DNA of 64,000 nucleotides from Vicinamibacterales bacterium (GTDB lineage: Bacteria; Acidobacteriota; Vicinamibacteria; Vicinamibacterales; UBA2999), in NCBI GenBank assembly GCA_050183355.1, contig JBFXBH010000004.1, positions 1,807 to 65,806 of the forward strand. The letters are read 5' to 3'. Shown piece after piece: positions 59,568-64,000 of this stretch. The number at the start of each line of letters is the position of its first letter. The stretch's first letter is position 1. A program made the position numbers and the translations under genes. The notes beneath the pieces were generated by a model. That model had not been told where the DNA came from. It worked only from the letters and a program-made list of their open reading frames with translations, and searched no databases.

Positions 59568-59642
59568 TGGAGCGGGAGACGGGGATCGAACCCGCGACAT
59601 CAAGCTTGGGAAGCTTGCGTTCTACCGCTGAACTACTCCCGC
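59568..59642 (-). tRNA. tRNA-Gly (anticodon CCC), CCA encoded
   Basis: Hand-folded rc sequence. Acceptor GCGGGAG/CTCCCGC with discriminator U; D-arm GTTC-AGCGGTA-GAAC; anticodon stem CAAGC/GCTTG with loop TTCCCAA; T-arm GCGGG-TTCGATC-CCCGT; then CCA. Confidence 0.9.
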
Positions 59643-59665
59643 GTTCCGGTAGGTGCCCCGCCATT

Positions 59666-59893
59666 CTAGCGGCCGGTCACCCTCCGGGCAACTGCGGTCA
59701 GCCCCGGGGCCCGAAGTGCTTTCCAGCCGACGGGGAACTCCACCTTGCCTCGAAGTTTCTGGAGCTCGTCACAGGCATGGTCGGCAGCGAGGCGTTGAAG
59801 GCCGAGACAGACGGTTTCCGTCACGCTCCTTCCCGTGGCTTCCTGGGCCCGGCGGAGGAGATCCTCCGGCACGTTTAGTGTGATCCTGGCCAC
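59666..59893 (-). CDS. VapB-like (DUF2191/Rv0623-like) type II antitoxin homologue, no cognate toxin gene
   Basis: 75 aa, GTG start. MARITLNVPEDLLRRAQEATGRSVTETVCLGLQRL matches the usual N-terminal pattern of this antitoxin family, and KLRGKV resembles its C-terminal motif (from memory). Confidence 0.55.
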   Translation of the reverse strand: MARITLNVPEDLLRRAQEATGRSVTETVCLGLQRLAADHACDELQKLRGKVEFPVGWKALRAPGLTAVARRVTGR

Positions 59894-59899
59894 CAGCTG

Positions 59900-61252
59900 C
59901 TACCCCCGGATGATGCTGAGAACCTCGTCGCGGCGGCGTGCCATCTCGGCCGGCGTGGCGGCTTCGAGGTTCAGGCGGAGCAGCGGCTCGGTGTTCGACG
60001 GACGGACGTTGAAGTGCCAGTCCGGATACTCGACCGAGACGCCGTCCATCTTCGAGATCGCAGCGTCCCGGTAGCGCGCCTCGATCGCGTCCAGCCGGGC
60101 GGGCACCTCGGCCATGCTGCCCAGCGCCGTGTTGATCTCGCCCGAGATGAAATACCGCTCGCGGTACGGGGCCAGCAGGTCGCGCAGTGACTGGCCCTTC
60201 ACGGACATCAGCTCCAGCATCAGCAGCGCGGGGATGAAGCCGTTGTCGGCGTAGGCGAAGTCCTTGAAGTAGTAGTGTCCGGTGACTTCGCCGGCGAAGA
60301 CGCCGTCGACCTCGCGCATGCGGGCCTTGATGAAGGCGTGCCCGACGCGGTTCATGACGGCGGTGCCGCCCATGCGCGCGACGGTGTCCCGCACGGCGTG
60401 GCTGGCCCGCAGGTCATAGACGATCGTCGCCCCGGGGTGCTTCATCAGGAACGCTTCGGCGAGGAGCGCCGTGACGAAGTCGCCCGAGATGAACTCGCCG
60501 CTGCCGTCGATGAAGAAGCAACGATCGGCGTCGCCGTCCCAGCAGATGCCGATATCGGCCTTCGTCTCCAGCACGGCGTTCGTGGAGTCGACGCGGTTCT
60601 CGTCGATGAGCGGGTTCGCCTCGTGGTTCGGGAACGTGCCGTCGGGCGTGAAGCAGAGGCGCGTGGTCCTGCACGGGAGCCGATCGAACAGCTTCGGCGC
60701 GACGAGGCCGCCCATCCCGCTGCCCGCGTCGAGGACGACGTTGAAGGGCTTGATGACGGCCGGGTCGATGAACTGGAGGATGCGTTCGACGTAGTCGTCG
60801 AGGACGGTGCCAGACGTCAGCGAGCCGCGGCGCGTCGGCGTGGGGAAGCGGTCGCTCGTCACCATCGCCTGGATCTCGCCGATGCCGGCGTCGGCGCTGA
60901 GCGCGCGCGCCTGCTCGCGAATCATCTTGATGCCGTTGTACTTGCCCGGGTTGTGCGACGCCGTGATCTGCGCGCCGCCCTGGAGGCCGTCGCGGACAGA
61001 GGCGAAGTAGAGCATGTCCGTCGCCATCATGCCGTAGTCGATGACGTCGGCGCCCTGGAACAACGCCCCTTCGATGAAGGCGGCGGCGAGCGAGGGCGAT
61101 GACACCCGCATGTCGCGCGAGACGCCGATCCGCGTCGCGCCGAGATACGCGACGAAGGCTCGGCCGATATCGCGGGCGATTGCTTCGTTGATCTCGCCGG
61201 GGTAGACGCCCCGGATGTCGTAGGCCTTGAAGATGCTGGGGTTGACGGTCAT
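59900..61252 (-). CDS. phosphomannomutase/phosphoglucomutase
   Basis: 450 aa. Phosphoserine loop TASHNPGKYNG, metal loop WDGDADR, and GEVTGHYYF. Confidence 0.92.
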   Translation of the reverse strand: MTVNPSIFKAYDIRGVYPGEINEAIARDIGRAFVAYLGATRIGVSRDMRVSSPSLAAAFIEGALFQGADVIDYGMMATDMLYFASVRDGLQGGAQITASHNPGKYNGIKMIREQARALSADAGIGEIQAMVTSDRFPTPTRRGSLTSGTVLDDYVERILQFIDPAVIKPFNVVLDAGSGMGGLVAPKLFDRLPCRTTRLCFTPDGTFPNHEANPLIDENRVDSTNAVLETKADIGICWDGDADRCFFIDGSGEFISGDFVTALLAEAFLMKHPGATIVYDLRASHAVRDTVARMGGTAVMNRVGHAFIKARMREVDGVFAGEVTGHYYFKDFAYADNGFIPALLMLELMSVKGQSLRDLLAPYRERYFISGEINTALGSMAEVPARLDAIEARYRDAAISKMDGVSVEYPDWHFNVRPSNTEPLLRLNLEAATPAEMARRRDEVLSIIRG

Positions 61253-62304
61253 CAGCGGCTGTAATCGGAAATGTGCGTGTCCGGGCCGAGCGTGAGCCCG
61301 GTGGTGGCGGCGTGGGCACCCACGCGGCTGCCCGTCGCCAGCACCGTATCGGTGAGGCGGGCGTGCGCGCCGACGTGCGTGCCCGGCCAGAGAATGCTGC
61401 TGGTGACGGTGGCGCCCGCCTCGACCACCACGTCACGGCCGATCACGGCGTGCGGGCCGACGGTGGCGCCGGCAGCGATGCGCGCGCCATGGTCGATGAA
61501 GCACGGTGCGGTGATCGTCGCGGCCGGGTCCACCTGCGCGGCCGGGTCGATCGCACGGCGATCGCCACCGGGCGTCGGGAACGGCGCCGCGTGGAAGCGC
61601 CCGTCCATGATGTCGCGGTGGACCTGCCGGTAGGCGGCCGGCGTCCCGATGTCGAGCCAGTAGCCGCGGTACGCGTAGGCGACGAACGTCTCGCCGCGCT
61701 CGACGAGGGACGGAAAGTAGCCGCGCTCGATCGAGTAGGGCTGGCCGGCGGGAATCCGGTCGAAGGTCTCCGGCTCCAGCACGTAGATGCCGGCGTTGAT
61801 CAGGTTGGTCGTGATCTGCGACGGGTCCGGTTTCTCGACGAACCGCCGGACGTTGCCGTCGGCGTCCGTCTCGACCAGGCCGTACGCGGACGGATTCTCG
61901 ACCGGCGTCAGCACGATCGTGGCCCTGGCCCTGCGGGCGCGGTGGAGGCGAATCACGTCCCCGAGGTCGATCTCGGTCAGCACATCGCCGTTGAACACGA
62001 CGACGGTCTCCTGCAGGTCATGCCCGGAGAAGCGGATGGCGCCGCCGGTGCCGAGCGGTTCGGGCTCGACGCAGTAGCGGATGCGGATGCCGGCCCCGGA
62101 TCCGTCTCCGAACACGCGCTCGATCGCGTCCGGCCGGTAGTTGAGGCTGAGGCGGACCTCGTCGATCTCGGACACGTGCTTCAGCCGGTCAAGCTGGTAG
62201 TGCAGGAACGGGCGGTTGAAGATCGGGACGACCGGCTTGGGGACGTGAAGGGTGAGCGGGCGGAGGCGCGTGCCCATGCCGCCTGCGAGCAGAATCGCTT
62301 TCAT
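61252..62304 (-). CDS. sugar-1-phosphate nucleotidyltransferase (mannose-1-P guanylyltransferase-like) with a C-terminal left-handed beta-helix
   Basis: Start at MKAILLAGGMGTRLRPLT (ATG 62304). EPEPLGTGGA, and hexapeptide repeats at the C-terminus. 1-nt overlap with the downstream mutase. Confidence 0.88.
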   Translation of the reverse strand: MKAILLAGGMGTRLRPLTLHVPKPVVPIFNRPFLHYQLDRLKHVSEIDEVRLSLNYRPDAIERVFGDGSGAGIRIRYCVEPEPLGTGGAIRFSGHDLQETVVVFNGDVLTEIDLGDVIRLHRARRARATIVLTPVENPSAYGLVETDADGNVRRFVEKPDPSQITTNLINAGIYVLEPETFDRIPAGQPYSIERGYFPSLVERGETFVAYAYRGYWLDIGTPAAYRQVHRDIMDGRFHAAPFPTPGGDRRAIDPAAQVDPAATITAPCFIDHGARIAAGATVGPHAVIGRDVVVEAGATVTSSILWPGTHVGAHARLTDTVLATGSRVGAHAATTGLTLGPDTHISDYSR

Positions 62305-62406
62305 GCCGACTTCCGCATGATACGTCACCGTTCCGGAGCGGGTCAGCGGCGCCCCGTGGTCCGGGCTCCGCTCGCAGCGGACCGGTGGGGTAGAATGGCC
62401 GCGCCC

Positions 62407-63018
62407 ATGAACCTCCCGAACGCGCTGACGCTCGTGCGGATGTTCCTCGTGCCGCTGCTCGTGGTGGTGCTGCTGACCGAGTTCGAGGGACGACTCGTCC
62501 TCGGGCTTCCGAAGGAACTGGTTGGCGCCGCCATCTTCGGGCTCGCGTCGGCCACGGACTGGCTGGACGGGCACCTCGCGCGCCGCCGGCGTCAGGTCAC
62601 GGCCCTCGGCCAGATGCTCGACCCGCTGGCGGACAAGCTGCTCACCTCCGCCGCGTTCATCTCCCTCGTCCAGCTCGGCGCGGCGCCGGCGTGGATGGTC
62701 GCGCTCATCATCGGCCGCGAGATCGCCGTCACCGCGCTTCGGAGCGTGGCGAACGCACGCGGGATCACGATGCCGGCCTCGAAGATGGGCAAGTTCAAGA
62801 TGGCGTCGCAGGTGGCGGCCATCCTGATGCTGATGGTGGGCTGGGGACCGCTGCCGTGGTTCCGTCCGATCGGGGAAGCCGCGCTCTGGGTCGTGGCCGC
62901 CGCGGCGCTGGTCTCCGCCGTCGATTACTACCGCCGCTTCCAGCAGCTCACCAGCGCCCGCGTCGCGGACATCACCGTCGCCCGGGAGCGGCGGGCGGAC
63001 CGGCGCCGGGCGGGATAG
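62407..63018 (+). CDS. pgsA: CDP-diacylglycerol--glycerol-3-phosphate 3-phosphatidyltransferase
   Basis: MNLPNALTLVRMFLVP (ATG 62407; alternative ATG at 62395). CDP-alcohol motif DWLDGHLARRRRQVTALGQMLDPLADK. Confidence 0.9.
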   Translation: MNLPNALTLVRMFLVPLLVVVLLTEFEGRLVLGLPKELVGAAIFGLASATDWLDGHLARRRRQVTALGQMLDPLADKLLTSAAFISLVQLGAAPAWMVALIIGREIAVTALRSVANARGITMPASKMGKFKMASQVAAILMLMVGWGPLPWFRPIGEAALWVVAAAALVSAVDYYRRFQQLTSARVADITVARERRADRRRAG

Positions 63019-63027
63019 ACGCGCCGG

Positions 63028-63822
63028 TCAGTTCGTGGCGGGCGCGCGGTGCCGGGGCTGCTCGGTGCGCTGGCCCACGTAGTCGCCGGTCACGACCGCC
63101 GTGGATGACGCGATCACCCGCAACGTGGACGCGTCCGCCCCGACGGCCACCGCCACCGCCTCACCCGCCTCGTAGAGGAAGTTCTTCGCCACACCGCGGT
63201 CGTGATAGAGCACGAACCGCGCGCCCGGGTGCACGCCCTTGCTGCTGCCGCGGTCGATCAGGAACAGGTCGCCCGTGGCGAACGTCGTGCGACGGCCCGC
63301 GCCGGCCACGATGCGGGCGTAATCGTTCCGCTTCGGCTCCAGGTCGCGGGTGTCCTGCTCGGGCACGGCCGCGACGGTGAACGGGGCCAGTTCGTCTCCG
63401 GGATTGACCGTGGAGCAGGCGTGCGTGATCGTGGCGAGCGACAGGTCGTCGTCCACGGCGTACACGCGGAGCCAGCCCGTGTTCTGCACGATGTGGCGGC
63501 TGGCGGGCCGCTTCTTCGTCGGGGCGGGCACGGGCAGTCGCGTGATGAACTCCTGCCCGACGGTGATGCCCTGGCGTTCCCCGGCGCTGATCGTCACCAG
63601 GTCGCCCGGCGCGTAGGCCTGGCGGACGACGGGGGCCTGTCCGCCCGTCACCTGAATCGCCTGCGGGAGCGGCGCCCGGTCAGGCAGGTCGGCTGGCGCC
63701 GGGGCGCACAGAAGGGCGATCTGGTCCGGGTCAAGGCCCGATGCGGCAGGGGCAGGCCCCCGCTGCGCGTGGGGCAGTCCTGTCGCCAGGATCACAAATC
63801 CGATCGTGCAGGCACGGCGCAT
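63028..63822 (-). CDS. hypothetical exported protein with repeated G-D-x-h-x-h-x-x-G-x-x-x-G-h beta-domain motif
   Basis: 264 aa. Signal peptide ACTIGFVILATGLPHAQ. Two similar blocks, PGDLVTISAGERQGITVGQEF and TGDLFLIDRGSSKGVHPGARF. Confidence 0.5.
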   Translation of the reverse strand: MRRACTIGFVILATGLPHAQRGPAPAASGLDPDQIALLCAPAPADLPDRAPLPQAIQVTGGQAPVVRQAYAPGDLVTISAGERQGITVGQEFITRLPVPAPTKKRPASRHIVQNTGWLRVYAVDDDLSLATITHACSTVNPGDELAPFTVAAVPEQDTRDLEPKRNDYARIVAGAGRRTTFATGDLFLIDRGSSKGVHPGARFVLYHDRGVAKNFLYEAGEAVAVAVGADASTLRVIASSTAVVTGDYVGQRTEQPRHRAPATN

Positions 63823-63852
63823 CAGCTGGCTCCCTCCGGCCTCGGCCGGACG

Positions 63853-64000
63853 CTACTTCGGCGGATCGGCCGCCTGCGCCAGGTCGAAGGTCTTCTTCGC
63901 CTCCGGCACCAGGGGGCTCTCCGGGTACTCCTTCAATAAGCGATCCAGGTACGGAATCGCCTCGGCCTTCTTGTTGGACCGCAGCAGCGACTCCGCCAGA
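63853..64000 (-). CDS. C-terminal end of a TPR-type protein (BamD- or CpoB/YbgF-like); 5' part outside the window
   Basis: Own rc translation: ...LAESLLRSNKKAEAIPYLDRLLKEYPESPLVPEAKKTFDLAQAADPPK, stop at 63853-55. Confidence 0.45.
   Translation of the reverse strand, partial: LAESLLRSNKKAEAIPYLDRLLKEYPESPLVPEAKKTFDLAQAADPPK

Overview
High-GC (third codon positions almost always G/C), densely packed chromosomal segment from a diderm bacterium: Kdo/LPS, Mla and outer-membrane barrel genes are all present. The phylum cannot be determined from the sequence alone. About 90 percent of the window is ordinary core housekeeping, listed here in map order. (1) A minus-strand lapB-kdsD-kdsA-pyrG-kdsB block. 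(2) serA, then a TCA cluster (mdh, sdhCAB, sucCD, ndk). (3) dcd, hisS and aspS. (4) The conserved phoH-ybeY-CorC/HlyC-era block, followed by mgtE, recO, glyQS, ppdK and mutL. (5) rarA, a TrmH-family methylase and greA. (6) uvrB and mlaEFD. (7) A nucleoside-salvage neighbourhood (upp, MtaD-like amidohydrolase, hpt, RpiB-like, deoC). (8) ppa, manB/manC-like genes and pgsA. There are two tRNA genes, Val-CAC and Gly-CCC. I found no CRISPR array, transposase, integrase, prophage or recognisable defence system. The most interesting item is an RpiB-like/DeoC gene pair whose N-terminal extensions look like bacterial-microcompartment targeting peptides, although no shell gene lies in the window. Secondary items are: a patatin-like membrane protein lacking the nucleophile serine; a codon-atypical islet of small membrane ORFs plus a single-CxxCH protein; a Tat-signal protein coupled to a small membrane ORF behind a motif-rich 288-nt leader; a histone-like Lys/Ala tail on PPDK; five exact 34-aa tandem repeats in the MCE protein; a ~96-nt imperfect palindrome; and an orphan VapB-like antitoxin. 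All calls come from reading the supplied translations and the sequence by eye. No database search was run, so family names are recognition from memory of conserved motifs.
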